64,000 bases of DNA. It comes from Basidiobolus meristosporus CBS 931.73 (taxonomy: Eukaryota > Fungi > Basidiobolomycota). Positions 1-12,309 of the stretch are shown here, piece by piece. Below the pieces are notes generated by a model. It made no database searches, was not told the origin of the DNA, and was given only the letters and a program-made list of their open reading frames with translations. Numbering within the stretch: position 1 is the first letter of the stretch; each line of letters opens with the position of its first letter. The position numbers and the translations under genes were made by a program. The stretch is taken from the NCBI GenBank assembly GCA_002104905.1, contig MCFE01000448.1:1-64000 (forward strand), given 5' to 3'.

Positions 1-646
1 TTCTTTTCCTGCCGTTCATAGCGTTGTTGCTAGGATTTACTTGACGGAGTTGTCGGCCAGAACGAGTGCGCAATGGACTTACATAGTCCGTCGGCGCAGT
101 GACATCATTCAGCAATGGTTTGTTTTTCAAGCTTGTCAAACCATTGGCATGCAACACGGGTTGAGGTGCGGCACCCTTCGGAGGGAGCTCACTTTCATCG
201 TTTTGCTGGTTCTCAGGATGTTGGGCTTCAGATGGGCTCGCAAAGGCCTTGTGGCCCGGGGTTAGAACTGGGGTTTGTGTGGAATCAATGGTTTTCATTG
301 GAGATGTATCCCCAGGATACACGTCCGACGGGCTTTGCTGCTCCTGTAAGATAGTTGGAGTAGCGGGTAAGGATTCCTGCGGTCCAAAATCCTGGTTTGT
401 TTCGTTGAATATGTTATTACAGGCTACTGGAGTTTTTGGTTTTTGCAGATCGGAAGGTCTGCCGGGAATGGTATGTATGTCTGGTGAAGACGGTGGTATT
501 TCTGGAGTTGCATTTGGGATGGACCTGGAACGCTCGAAGGTAGCCAGCTGCTCGAAATCCGAATTTTTCTCAGCATAAGAGATCACCCTACGACCACGTT
601 TACCGTACGTCTTGATAGTTTTGGTTTTGAATTTTAGTTCGAACAT
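1..646 (-). CDS. 5' part of a gene running off the left edge; disordered N-terminus with a KTYGKR motif (candidate Haspin, Wapl or Eco1-type cohesin/Pds5 interactor)
   Basis: Manual translation of the minus strand from the ATG at 646 gives 215 codons with no stop to base 1 (MFELKFKTKTIKTYGKRGRRVISYAEKNSDFEQLATFERSRSIPNATPEIPPSSP...). It is missing from the ORF track, probably because its stop lies outside the window. No folded domain is visible, so the identity is uncertain. Confidence 0.65.
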   Translation of the reverse strand, partial: MFELKFKTKTIKTYGKRGRRVISYAEKNSDFEQLATFERSRSIPNATPEIPPSSPDIHTIPGRPSDLQKPKTPVACNNIFNETNQDFGPQESLPATPTILQEQQSPSDVYPGDTSPMKTIDSTQTPVLTPGHKAFASPSEAQHPENQQNDESELPPKGAAPQPVLHANGLTSLKNKPLLNDVTAPTDYVSPLRTRSGRQLRQVNPSNNAMNGRKR

Positions 647-3265
647 CTCAGGTTTGCGCAGGGGTATGCTCGCTCAATGAAATTCAGTGAATTGCTTTCG
701 TTACAGAGTGGATGGAGGGAGGACTTTTTATGGATATCTGGTGAGAAACCAAACAGACCGAGAGGGGGTTTTACGCACTAACCACAATACGTTGGGCGAA
801 CTGATGTCCAGTGGACCTTTACTCATCTCGCTAGCACAAATGTAAACAATCTCTGAAAAACAAAGCAGGCCAATCACACACAGTGATGAGCGCTCGATGT
901 CAATAAGATCTCCCAGGAAATTCATTGCTTATTTGAGACGAAAGTTAGACAAAATTGATTAAAAATGCCGATCCGGCTGTGTAGATGAAATCAATACCAA
1001 AACAAGCACTGCAGACATCGCGAACTCAAATTTACGGCCGTGAGGCCTTGAATCCCTCAACCAATCATAGCTACGCGTAAAGGAATGCCAGTTCGAGTTT
1101 TCAACATTGAATCACCGCCTATAGCGTGAGCGACAAGGGGGCTGCTGATGCAATGTGCCCACCGCGCAGGTTCTCCGGTGCCATACGAATGGATATAGGA
1201 GGGGGGTGCTGTGGATTCGGCCAGAGAGTGTATGCAGCTGTAGCCTCATTCTTGCTACTGATAGGCAGGCCCTAACCCTGAATTGCACATCTGCCCATCA
1301 ATTCCAAACTTGCCATAGGGTCTCGAATTGAAATACATTTTACATCGTGCAAGTTATCAGCTGGTCGAAGACATCGCCGAAATAATCGGCCTCAAGGCAT
1401 AGATTGAGGGATAGTTATTGCTATTCCCAATTCCCAATTCCCGTTCCCACCCTCTCCCTCTCCCTCTCCCCTCGCATTCACCACCACCATCACCCGCACC
1501 CGAACGCTCACAGGGCAAGATCCATAAATGTGATATAATTGATGATCAAGACCCTGATTTCCCAAACAACTAGGTAGTCCCAAAGGATGTGAAAGCTGTG
1601 TAACAGGGCCACATCAATCCAAATACAACTGTGTGAACCGTCTTCCTAGAGATCATGCTGTGGAGTAGTCTGCCAATCATCGAATATGCGCCTGCTCGGT
1701 GGGTATTCCCTTCACACTAGCAGGCACATGACCTCTGCTGATATGCAAGCCTGGATTGTGCTAGGTGAAAGAAGAATGGCGAATGGTGGCTTGATGCTTT
1801 GAAACCAGCCAGTCCATTTGCTTCACTGGTGACGGGGTGACATGGTCCCATCCACACCTACACTGCATTGCAATCAGTTACGGGAGAACAATGCAGGCCA
1901 GCAGCAAGCTATGAATGTCGTCTCAACGGGAGGCATGTGCTGTGTCTCGGGATGTTTCAATTGGCTCTATCACGTGACCTCCTGGCCGTGTGCATCAGTC
2001 CACTTGGTATCCAGGCACACTCATTCCGGGCACAGGCCTCGATACATCCAGATGATGTGCCAACGGCGGTCTGGTAGAGAGGCACGGAGCATTCAAAGTC
2101 ACCGATTGTTAGGGAAGCATTGCCTTGTCAATTCTCCATCCTGAGCTCTAACCTTCACCCTCGCCACTCCATCAAGAGACACGCATCCTGCACAGCCATT
2201 GGTGGAGATTGTTTCGAAGGCCGGAATGTCACCACCTACCTCATGGGCTCTATTATTTATTCCGGAAACTAATGAGTGCACTACTCAGACATATTGTAGC
2301 GAATGCATTGTGGATCATCTTGCCTTCTCTCCGCCCAGCGCTTAGATTGGCCAGCTCATTCAGTTATTAGGGATTCCCGATGTGTATAGGAAATTCCATG
2401 AAACAGCTGACGAGGAGGCAGCTGAGATTGGTGCATTCGGTCGCTATTGTTAATCTCGTCATTCGCATTGGCATGCTGCTATCAGCAAATCGGGCCAGGA
2501 GCCAATTCCTATAAGAGTTGCGGTACATCCAACTCACTCTAATTCAATTCCCTTGTGTTCTGCTCATTTCATCTCTTTCTGGAGAGCATTCCCTCGAGTG
2601 TGCACGGCGTCAAGTTGAACTTCCCCCCTTCATTCACAGTTGTTCGTATCTGTCCTCAGGCAGCATCCCGCAAGCGTGCTCCCGTGATTGCATTGCGAAC
2701 CGCAAACTTTCCACTGGTTCCAAGGTTACAACTTACCCATCTGCTTAACGGACGGTATTCAAGCTCCTCCCAGTCCAACACCGCAGGTGCAAGCCCACGC
2801 CAGTCGCGAGTCTTTTCTCTCTAAATTCCTGGTTTTAACTTAACTATTTAATCTATCTATTCCGCTCCCTCCCCTTCCCCTATACCCTTCTTTTCAGAAG
2901 CACTTGTAAGGCCTGATACGTGCGTGCGTGTGTCTGCGTATATTTGTCTCGGAATTAAGTTCGCCTGGCTCTTTTCAGCCACCATCCTATATCGGACATC
3001 TTGGTAGTGATCCGCCCCTTGAGCTCGACTAAGTATTTCAGCTGACTTTACATTTCATAAGCCGGTTTCTTTTTGCCAAGCATGGAATTGTAAACAAGCG
3101 ACTGCTCTATGCCCATTGACGTGTATTATATACCTACAGTTCACACTAAGACTAAACTAGCCTAGGCTCTTTCGTCGATTCACCACACTACACTCGATTG
3201 TACTTACATTTCCTTGACCACTCGAACCAACCCAAAATTGTCCATCTGGCACACACCATCATATC

Positions 3266-4522
3266 ATGAACGCTTGCGAAACACGTGCCCTACCCGCGAA
3301 TACCGTCTTCTACGGCGATGATCGGTCTACCGATGATTCCGGCTTACCATTCGAATTTGGAACCGTCCTCGAAGATCCCAATACCGGCAATATCTTTACG
3401 CTCCTGGATTTTCTTGGTAGCGGCTCGTACGCCGTCGTATACCGCGCCAGAGATGAGGCCACTGGATCCACATGTGCTTTGAAATGCCTTTCCAAGCTTT
3501 CCCTCTCCGAGGAAATGTTGGCTCTGCAAAAGATCGAGGTCAGCATGCATCAGGCAGTCGGTCGCCATCAGAACATCGTTCAATTGGAGAGCTTTTTTGA
3601 GACGTCTGACTGGCTCTTCCTGGTCTTGGAGTATTGCGAGGGAGAGGATCTGTTCAACTGGATCAATCGTAACGCCGATTATCAGGCTGACGGCCAACCT
3701 GGCTATCAGGCAGAGATCGACCGTCTACGAACAATCAAGCTGATCTTTGACCAGATCCTGGACGCCGTACTCTTCTGCCATCAGAACAGTGTATATCATC
3801 GGGATCTCAAGCCCGAGAACTTCATGGTCACCCGCAATGGAGTTGTGAAGCTTACGGACTTTGGACTTGCCACCGCTGAGGAGTACTCCACTGACTACGA
3901 ATGTGGCAGCAAGCCCTATCTCAGTTACGAGAGCCGCAACTTCTACCGGGCGCCCTACTCGTCTCGCCAAGCAGACATTTGGTCGCTCGGCATCATTTTC
4001 CTGAATCTCCTCTATCACCAATGCCCCTGGGATGATCCCAGTGCTGGCGAGAGTGAGGTATTCGCCTCCTTCATGAAGGACAAGGTCTCATTCTTGAGGC
4101 AAAAATTCGAGTGCCCAAGGGAGGTTGCCGAGTTCCTGGCCACACAAGTGTTCTGCCTGGAGAGCGATCATGGTCGTAAAGGCCGGATCAATCTGCTGCA
4201 GTGGAAGTGCTGGTGTACTGACTTGGTGAAGAACTATGTTGCCTCGTTCTTCGAGGAGACTTGGCACGATGGGTCCATCGACATCCCCGCCCACAGATCT
4301 CGCCAAGAAGAGGGGGCGCTCTTTTCCGCTGGAGAATCCAGCAAGTCCTCATGGACCGAGGATCTTGATGATGACGAGGAGATGGATTTCAACGAGCCAG
4401 TCCATTTTGATGACGAAGACTACGACTCGGCATACGGTTCATTTTCGATGAAAAGTGGATTCTCACATGAGGATGACATTGCTGCTGCTCTGGAGGACGA
4501 GTTTGGTTCACTGCAGTTGTGA
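3266..4522 (+). CDS. ran1: Ser/Thr protein kinase, Ran1/Pat1-Sks1/Vhs1 family, intronless, 418 aa, acidic C-terminal tail
   Basis: Kinase motifs LGSGSYAVVY, ALKCL, HRDLKPEN, DFGLAT, CGSKPYLSYE and DIWSLGIIFLNL...CPW. The ALKCL, DFGLAT and 'LNL...PW' signatures fit the fungal Ran1/Sks1 group. Confidence 0.9.
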   Translation: MNACETRALPANTVFYGDDRSTDDSGLPFEFGTVLEDPNTGNIFTLLDFLGSGSYAVVYRARDEATGSTCALKCLSKLSLSEEMLALQKIEVSMHQAVGRHQNIVQLESFFETSDWLFLVLEYCEGEDLFNWINRNADYQADGQPGYQAEIDRLRTIKLIFDQILDAVLFCHQNSVYHRDLKPENFMVTRNGVVKLTDFGLATAEEYSTDYECGSKPYLSYESRNFYRAPYSSRQADIWSLGIIFLNLLYHQCPWDDPSAGESEVFASFMKDKVSFLRQKFECPREVAEFLATQVFCLESDHGRKGRINLLQWKCWCTDLVKNYVASFFEETWHDGSIDIPAHRSRQEEGALFSAGESSKSSWTEDLDDDEEMDFNEPVHFDDEDYDSAYGSFSMKSGFSHEDDIAAALEDEFGSLQL

Positions 4523-5358
4523 TCTACTCGTCTCGTAATTTATACTGTTTATTGTTTGGGAATTCCGGGCGAATCCCGGCTGGACGCTACTGTGATTATG
4601 AAGTCCCGGGTGTTTGCTTGAATATTTCCGTTTTGACCCCCGCTCCCCTCCCCTCCCTCTCCACACGATCCCTCATTGGCGCCTGGTTTCTCGACCACTA
4701 AACTCGGTGACGAAGTTGGGCGACTTTGAAAAATAAAACCGAACTATAAACATCCATTTTGAGGGTAATTTGTGAAAGAACGGTCAGGTGATATGGTATC
4801 TCAGCATCGCCTGAGAAGTACCGAGCAATTCGAGAGGTCCTTTCCCTCTGGAATTGGCTAGTGAGTCATAGAAGGAGGGCCTGGAACGGCTCTGCAGCTT
4901 GGTGCTTCACCATCTACTGATGATGTTCCAATGACAGGAACGCAGAGGGAAAATTTATTGTGGTTTCAATGGTGTTCCCGCTTGATCTCACGGTTGAAAG
5001 CTAGTAACGAGATCTCGTTCTCTACCCTTACCGATGGCTAGAGAGTTGCTTCGGAAGTTGCTCCCAGAGGTGAATGGATACACACAGCCCGGGACATGGA
5101 AAGAAAAGCAAAGGGGTGATAATGTGAAGAATGCAAGGATTTGCTCGAATACTACATGGCTTTATGCTGGAGTGAGCAGAGGAGGGGGGCTACGGGGAGG
5201 ACTGCGTTCTCATTTAACCCTATTCTTGAGATACTGAAGCGGCCTGTGGCTTGAGGCTTGACTAGGGAATGCTGCAAAGTTATAGTAGTGTTCATCAAAT
5301 TTCGAGCCAGTCTCATACTTACCACATGGAGTCGATGCGCGAGCCAACCCATGAGCAC

Positions 5359-6933
5359 TTAGATCACTAGCTCTTCCTCCAACTGGAAAGCGTCCACTTC
5401 CTTGAAATAGTCCTTACGCCTTTTAATACTGTCATCGGTCTCGGACTAAAGGGCACATCAAACCTGCTGTCAACAAATGATCATCAAAGAAACGCCATTC
5501 ATGGTACTTACACCTGAGCTCTCTTCATGCTGCGGCATGCGACGCCTTCCAGGAACATACTTCCCCTATATCGAGCACCTATTATTAGACAAAACATCAC
5601 CTTGACACAATGTGGCGTTGCCTATACCTTCTCTGCCACCCTGCTGCGCCGGGCGGGAACGTTTTTATCTTGAACCGTATTTCCAGTCTACCGAAATCCG
5701 TTAGTAAGCCGTCCAGGAGTTCACCCAGAATTGTTCTAGAGAACTCAATACCTTTCTTGGCTTGCGTTGGCGTGTTTTCGGGGCATTTTCTTGGCCATCC
5801 AGTGATTTCTTTCCTCTACGCTTTGGCAGTAGGGCCGTGAAATCTTTGACCGCCGTCTCTTTCTTCCGGTTGCTTCTGAGGGCATATTTCAACGAAGAGA
5901 GCGGCCGTTTGGAGGGGGGGCGGTCGATTACTATACATGGTTCGGTGTTTTCCTTTTCTGAGTCCTCAGAGATGTCGGAGGCTTTTGGTGTATGTATACG
6001 GAATGCAGGTGAGCTGTCTCTAATATTTCGAAGGTTGTCCAGGCTAACAGGCTTGACCGGAGTCAATGGTTGTCGTGGTGGAGGTGTTTGATGTCTACGT
6101 GTTCTAACTATCTGCTCCACTTCAGCAAAGCCGAATGGATCACCTTCGATAGCGTTGTTGAAAATCTCAGTTGACAGTTTTCCATTGGATTCCTTGTCAA
6201 GATGTTCAATCACTTCTATTGGTTGGTTGGAAGGTTCAGGCGCAGGTTCCTGCGAAGGTAAACGAGCGACAGGCTGAGGGCGTAAACGCAATACTTTCGT
6301 TGTGGTGATTTCTTTTTCCTTTCCCTTTCCTTTGCCCATTGTTGGAAAAGAGGTCAAACGTGTGGAGGAGTCGGTGGGCTGCTCCAAGCTGATTGCTTGG
6401 ACTCTTCTATTAAATGAGGTTTTCTCAAAGCCGGTTGGTGTTTCTATACTGTTGCTCAACTCTGCTTCCGCCATAGCGACCAGGCGAAACAAAAGAGAAG
6501 TCAGATTAGGTTAGAAGCACAGAATATGAGAAAGATTAACACTGAGAAACCGACCCTGAAGAAATGGAGAAATAGGGCTGCTAGGCCTCAAGTTCCCGTT
6601 AAGAGTGCTTTTGGGTGTAGAGGTAACTACTTCCCGATAGTCACCAATCTTCTCAAGGAACTCCAACGGATTTTCCCTGTCGCTTAGTACCTCGTAAGGA
6701 TCACTAAAGAGTGAGGAATGTTGGGAATGGGTGTCGTGCCTACGGTCAGCGAAAGTGGCAACGCCTTGGCCAATAGAAGAGGAGGGTGGCTGTTGGGAAG
6801 TGGAGGTGGAGGCATCGGCACTGCTCAGATTATTTGTGGGAGAGGGAAGCTGATCGTCACTGGTAACTGGTGGAGGCGTTTCTGGCACAATCTCGGCCTT
6901 CTTTTTCCGCGAACGTAGTCCTTCCCTAGGCAT
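5359..6933 (-). CDS. sor1: Sororin-like cohesin regulator (spliced, about 5 exons)
   Basis: Exon 1 is about 6933-6555 (MPREGLRSRKKK...). Exon 2 starts about 6461 and ends about 5752, carrying DPFGF and EKENTEP (KEN). An intron GTATTG...TACTAAC...TAG follows, then small middle exons whose junctions are uncertain. The last exon, 5445-5359, reads SETDDSIKRRKDYFKEVDAFQLEEELVI*, matching the Sororin C-terminal motif. Confidence 0.75.
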
Positions 6934-9051
6934 TTTCAAAGTACTGCTTCGTTAATTGGCAACTGGAATACTGCTGGTAGGAAAAGGTGGCTTATTAATG
7001 GTTCTGGGAGGGTGGTACTGTGGGAAGCGTGTTTTGTTGGTTCTATAGCGAAGTGAAGGCGGTCTCAAGTTCGATGATGATGATGATGTGTGTCACTTGT
7101 AAGGGAAAGGTTGGAGGAATGACTGGCCATGGAAAGAGAAAAGCAAATATATTAATGATCAGGAATGGCGACTGCTAAGTAGTCTATTGGCCGGTAAGGG
7201 CCAGGACGGCGTTACTGTAGCAAATCAACTCCATTGATATCCAAAAATGAATTCACCTCGATATTGTTAATTTGGCGGCCCCGCATGTATATACGTTGAT
7301 CATACCCTCCGCAGCAGCATGTATCCTTCGAGCAAATCATGCGCCAACCCCGAAATCCCTCTATTCTGATATCCCTGCTACAAGAGATTATTGGGGGAAA
7401 ATGCAGGTCTTGTGTAAATTGGGAAATTAGTACTCCAATTAAATACGATCGAGGCACTTATTGATCAGTAATAGTTAGATGTACCAGGTGATAAATCACC
7501 AAACATTCTGGATACCAGCTCTGAGCACATGGTGGCAATGCTGATTATGCCAAACGTGCGAACCCTATCAAGTCCCCCGAAATATATTCTTCAAGCACGG
7601 GTTTTGTGGTCAGTAGCAACACAAGCCAGAAAGCACATATTCCTGAAAGTATGATTCCAACGACTGATTTGTTGGTGCAAAAACCCAGCCCTCGGTGTCA
7701 TCGAAAGATAACGGATGGATTGTATTGTAACAGATGTTGAAGACTCGCACGTAGCGGAGGGAAATACTTGGGCCTGTAACATCAAAGCCCAGTGTGGAAT
7801 CCAATGCGAATCATATGCTGCATAGCACCATTCTTGGAATGTATGGTGAGTGGCTACTTGGAGATCACTCGAGTGCCGCAACATTAGGACATCAGCAGTA
7901 CGGGACGAAACACTAACAGCGTGGACAACGGGCTGCACTCTAAGGAAAAGCCCGGTTTCGTCAGATATACAGTTTTTAACCCAAGAACCTAATGCTGGAC
8001 ATGGTGCAGGGTTTTGGGGAGAATTGGAACTGATTTGGAGGACTAGTGGATTTGCATGATATTCACTTGGTGATTTGTTGATAAAGCATCCATACCGTCA
8101 GGAGAGCCTCGTAAAACCAATGCCAAGAATATGTTGAGAATGGCCCTTAGAAGCAGTTGTTCGCAACACCACACCAGATACCAAGACCGAAGAGAAATTA
8201 CCCGGCGTCCTATGGAATGCACTGATGGAAATGTGACCAATTATACTGTAGCATCACTGCGACTTCAGGCAGCAGGATCTAAAATCGGGGCAAGTGGCCT
8301 TGCAAAGAATAGGTATCGATGCAAAAGATGTACTTCCAGTTGCAGGCTGGCATTCTCGGAGCAACACACCAAAATCATCGAGTAATGATCATAATCAACT
8401 ATCTGCTGAAATTAAGTGCTGCTGGGCCACCTGACCAGTTTAGATATGTCTCGTAGGACAACGATGAGGGGTTACTCTCCTAGGATAGCGTAGAATCGGC
8501 GTGGAGTGGAAACAAACTAAAACCACTCAAGGGCGATTGGTGGTGGCATATGGTGTGAGGAGTTTGTACACATTCTCCACTGGTAAATGCTGGTGCAGAT
8601 AGCAATAGTGGATGAACATTCCTAGCAGCATACATAGCCAGCATCATGAAGTTCCAGCGCCCGACCGGGCCAACACCGCAACCGACGCGTTCGAAGGGAT
8701 AAGAACGCTGAACCGATAGGAAGTGAGGTTTGATTCGAAGCACCGCGTCCCCGGGATCCATACACTTCGGTACCCAAAGGCAGCCGGTATCCATCTAATT
8801 CAGCTTCTTATCTAGAGCTTGATTTACAGCAGCAGCAATCTTAGAAGTGAGTGCATGTACACATAGTAAAGGCCATGCGAGCTCAAAATCAGTGCTGGAA
8901 ATACCACATCTGTACACTGCTCAGTTCTCTCCCTGTGCATTAGCCACGAGTGACAGCGAATTTTAGTATTTAGAAGAGCATCGCACCAATCTGTTTTAGG
9001 CTTTTATTTCACCACGTACTGAGCCTACACTTCAATAAAAGATCCAAAACC

Positions 9052-9345
9052 TTAGGTAGGGATCTCGGGTTGACCGGATAGTGCTTGGAAACTATCACTC
9101 TTGACTGGCGCACCAGCCCCTTCCTCTCCCTTGTTCTCACCAAATACCCCAGGGGCGATCTCAACTAAAGGCTTCTTCGGAGCAGGCTTCGCAGTCACTG
9201 GTTTGCGGATTTTGCCGGCGATGAAGTCTCTGACGTTGCTGACTCCCTTCGAAATGCCCGTTGAGATGTCCTGGAAGATGTTTGGCTTGGCAGTAACCTG
9301 AAGAATCATACACACTAGAGCTATCAAGTAGATGCTGAGCCTCAT
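9052..9345 (-). CDS. Small secreted protein (97 aa) of unknown function
   Basis: Signal-peptide-like N-terminus MRLSIYLIALVCMILQVTA, CAAAATG start context, TATAAATA about 70 nt upstream, and a Lys/Pro-rich mature part with no Cys. Confidence 0.75.
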   Translation of the reverse strand: MRLSIYLIALVCMILQVTAKPNIFQDISTGISKGVSNVRDFIAGKIRKPVTAKPAPKKPLVEIAPGVFGENKGEEGAGAPVKSDSFQALSGQPEIPT

Positions 9346-9411
9346 TTTGGTGAATCGAGAAGGAGAGAGAAGGGATGCGGTAGCGCAAGAATAATGTCAC
9401 TTGCCCTGCAG

Positions 9412-9419
9412 TATTTATA
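9412..9419 (-). promoter_or_regulatory. TATA box of the small secreted protein gene
   Basis: TATAAATA on the minus strand about 70 nt upstream of the ATG at 9345. Confidence 0.55.
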
Positions 9420-9695
9420 ACTCGCACTCCATGACACTGTTTCATGTGCAGATCACTTTGCCAACGTAGTGCTGTGTGGCTGACGACGTATGTTTCTCAT
9501 GTGTGCAGGTCAGTTTCAAAGTTTGCCTTGTTCATTCTTTCCCTAATGTCTGCCAATCATTTGGTACATGAAACCATCGTACCTTGGGTAACAACCTTCG
9601 ATGTCTTGAAACTTCAGTTCCACCTACAGACAGCCACACACCGACTGGATGCCGCTGAGGGGTTTCATTGGCTTCCAGCATTATCATTGCCAATA

Positions 9696-9746
9696 CCATC
9701 GCCATCGCCATCGCCATCGCCAATGCCACTGCCACTGCCACTGCCA
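9696..9746. repeat. Compound hexamer microsatellite (GCCATC)n-(GCCACT)n
   Basis: Directly visible tandem hexamers in the divergent intergenic region. They explain the spurious PSPSPS and AMAMAM ORFs. Confidence 0.85.
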
Positions 9747-10034
9747 ACTCCCACCTACCCGCTCATGCTAGTTGCTTGATTGTTGATTATTTTGGGGGAC
9801 GAAGTTTGATCGGTTGAGGGCCATGCCAACCCTAGGGACTCTGGACAAGTCCCGATTGATGCTGGGTGCCAATGATTGGCCTCCAATAGCCATGGACTGA
9901 TGACTCCTACGTTCATATCCCAAACGGCTCTCCCTCGATCCCTAGTCTTGCATAGCGTCATCGCCTAGTCGACAACCACGCCCCACTGAGCAGTGTTGAT
10001 ATCAGCATACCACACCACACCACACCACACCAAC

Positions 10035-10994
10035 ATGGACAGAGACGAGGAGTACGATTATTTATTCAAAGGTAACGACGTCGGAGAGACACCCAGCCCC
10101 CCAGTTTTAAACAAATTGTTCTTTCTATTAGTTGTTTTGATTGGGGATTCTGGGGTTGGGAAATCCAATCTTCTTTCCCGCTTCACCCGTAACGAGTTCA
10201 ATTTGGAGTCGAAATCAACCATCGGCGTGGAGTTCGCAACAAGAACCATACAGGTGGAGGGAAAAACCATCAAGGCGCAAATTTGGGACACAGGTACTTT
10301 ATTCTCTCTTCATTTCACGCCCCACATAGTACTCATCTCTTCCGCAGCTGGACAAGAGCGTTATAGAGCAATCACCAGTGCGTATGTACAGACCATTCAG
10401 GCTTTCCCAGAGCGTCGCATCCTGCTCACTCACCCCTCCCTCTTTGCCACTTAGCTATTATCGTGGTGCGGTAGGTGCCTTGCTGGTCTATGACATTGCA
10501 AAGCACGCCACCTACGAGAACGTCGACAGATGGCTTCGAGAGTTACGAGACCATGCCGACAGCAACACCGTGATAATGCTGGTCGGCAACAAGAGTGATT
10601 TGAGACATCTCCGAGCCGTACCGACCGAAGACGCCAAGCAGTTCGCCAGTAAGTCCAATGGAATGTGCAGTAGTACACAAATATGACCAAGCATAACTTA
10701 CCCCGACTGGAATCCCAAATAGCCGAGAATCAGCTGTCATTTATTGAGACCTCTGCGCTTGATTCCAGCAATGTGGAGCTTGCTTTCCAGAAGATCTTGA
10801 CCGGTAGGTGCTTTTCCATTTGTCAATAACGAAGCGCAAGAAGCTGAACGACCTTCCTCCGATGGGCGACAGAAATCTACCACACCGTCGCTAGTAAAGC
10901 GTTAGAGTCGTCCGAGGCTGCTCCAAAGCCCGGTGGCGGCACAACCATTGATCTCAGTGCCAACGAGGCCAGCACCAAGAGTGGCTGCTGCTAA
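10035..10994 (+). CDS. ypt31: Rab11/Ypt31-family small GTPase (6 exons)
   Basis: Exons 10035-10071, 10132-10293, 10348-10381, 10455-10648, 10723-10803 and 10873-10994, all with GT-AG introns. Motifs [42 protein letters not shown] and ETSA, ending in a C-terminal GCC prenylation site. Confidence 0.96.
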
Positions 10995-12309
10995 GCTGCA
11001 TCCTGAGCTTCTGCGCAGTTGTCTCGAGCCGAGCATCCTGCCCTCACCACCCCATCACCCTTGCCTTCCACTCGCCCAATGTAACCACCCACAATTAAAG
11101 GAATATTTACTCAGAGGCCAGATGTATTCTCGCATATACTATCCCTTCGATTATCGACTTGGGAGGACGATCAGGCGTCAAGACACGGCAACACCGATCA
11201 TTCCTCCGAACTGACGGTTGCTCCATGCTGAGGCGAAGTCGAAGATTCATAAGCAATCCCGATTTAGTCGAGCAGAGAGCCAACTGTGTGGCGGGGTGCT
11301 TAAGCCGGGCGCCTCGTCTGGATGGCGGGTTGAATCACTGGAAACAGGAACTGCGTATTCGCAGCGCTCAATCCAGGAGCTATTGTTAAGCTGTGTAGCG
11401 CCAGGGAACGAATGGCACACGTTGATATGGCGGAGCTCAAAGGCTTCTGTGATGCAGAGTAATACAGCTTTCCATCTAAGGAGCATGGATCACTGGCAAA
11501 GAGCGCCATGGTTACTCCTTATACAGACCATCTGCCCGGTCTGGAGCCTGTTTCATGGGAATACAGCTCCACAGGGATAATCGCTGATTGCTGTAGGATG
11601 ATCCTCACATGGTCAGCAGCCCGTGATGCAGATGTATTTCGTCCATCTCCTATTCCTCTCCTTCATAGGCAATCCGTCCACTCGGCAGCTATAGAGCGGC
11701 GACGACAGCATCGAGCCCCAGAGAGCGCCCCGAAATGGACTCTGGTCATTCGTGAGATGGCTCCAGAAGGGTTGCATGGATGATTGCCCACCGATTCAAT
11801 CGCCAAGCTTGCAGTGATCATATCCGTGTGCTCCTGTACCAGGAGGGCTGTTGGTGGATATTCAAGGAGTGCCCGTCGATGCCTACATCACTTGCAGCCC
11901 AGGACATCCGGAAAGAAACAATCGCAGATTGATACCCGCTTCGCAGTGGGCGATCCCTACGATGGCCTTTGTTCCCCGAATTCCTTGATCAGGCTGGATA
12001 TAAAATCCCTGCTGTGGATTGGCTTCTTTGTGTTAACTTAGATTCATCAAAGGCTATAGATTAGTCTTTACTCCCAACAATCAATCCAAATAGCCCACAA
12101 AAAAGCCATTCGACGGCGGATTAGAGAAGCCATCCCCTGTTGCCTCGCGACCTCGGCCTGCATTTGGTATAAAAGCACCAGGTGCATCCTCCACCCACAA
12201 ACAGGAACCTTTCATCTTGCCCGAGCCGCCTCGCTTCCGTGGCCAGACAGTCCCACATAGAGAATTCAGCCAGCATCCCTCCATCCCACCCCTTCACACC
12301 CCTGGCTTG

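Noticed and set aside
960-1400. Possible structured ncRNA upstream of the left-edge gene
   Set aside because: No recognisable tRNA, snRNA, SRP or RNase P/MRP motif was found, so it cannot be supported without a covariance-model search.
1424-1505. TTCCCAA/CCCTCT/CACCAC repeats and the GEGEGEG ORF
   Set aside because: Simple low-complexity sequence with no evidence of coding or telomeric function.
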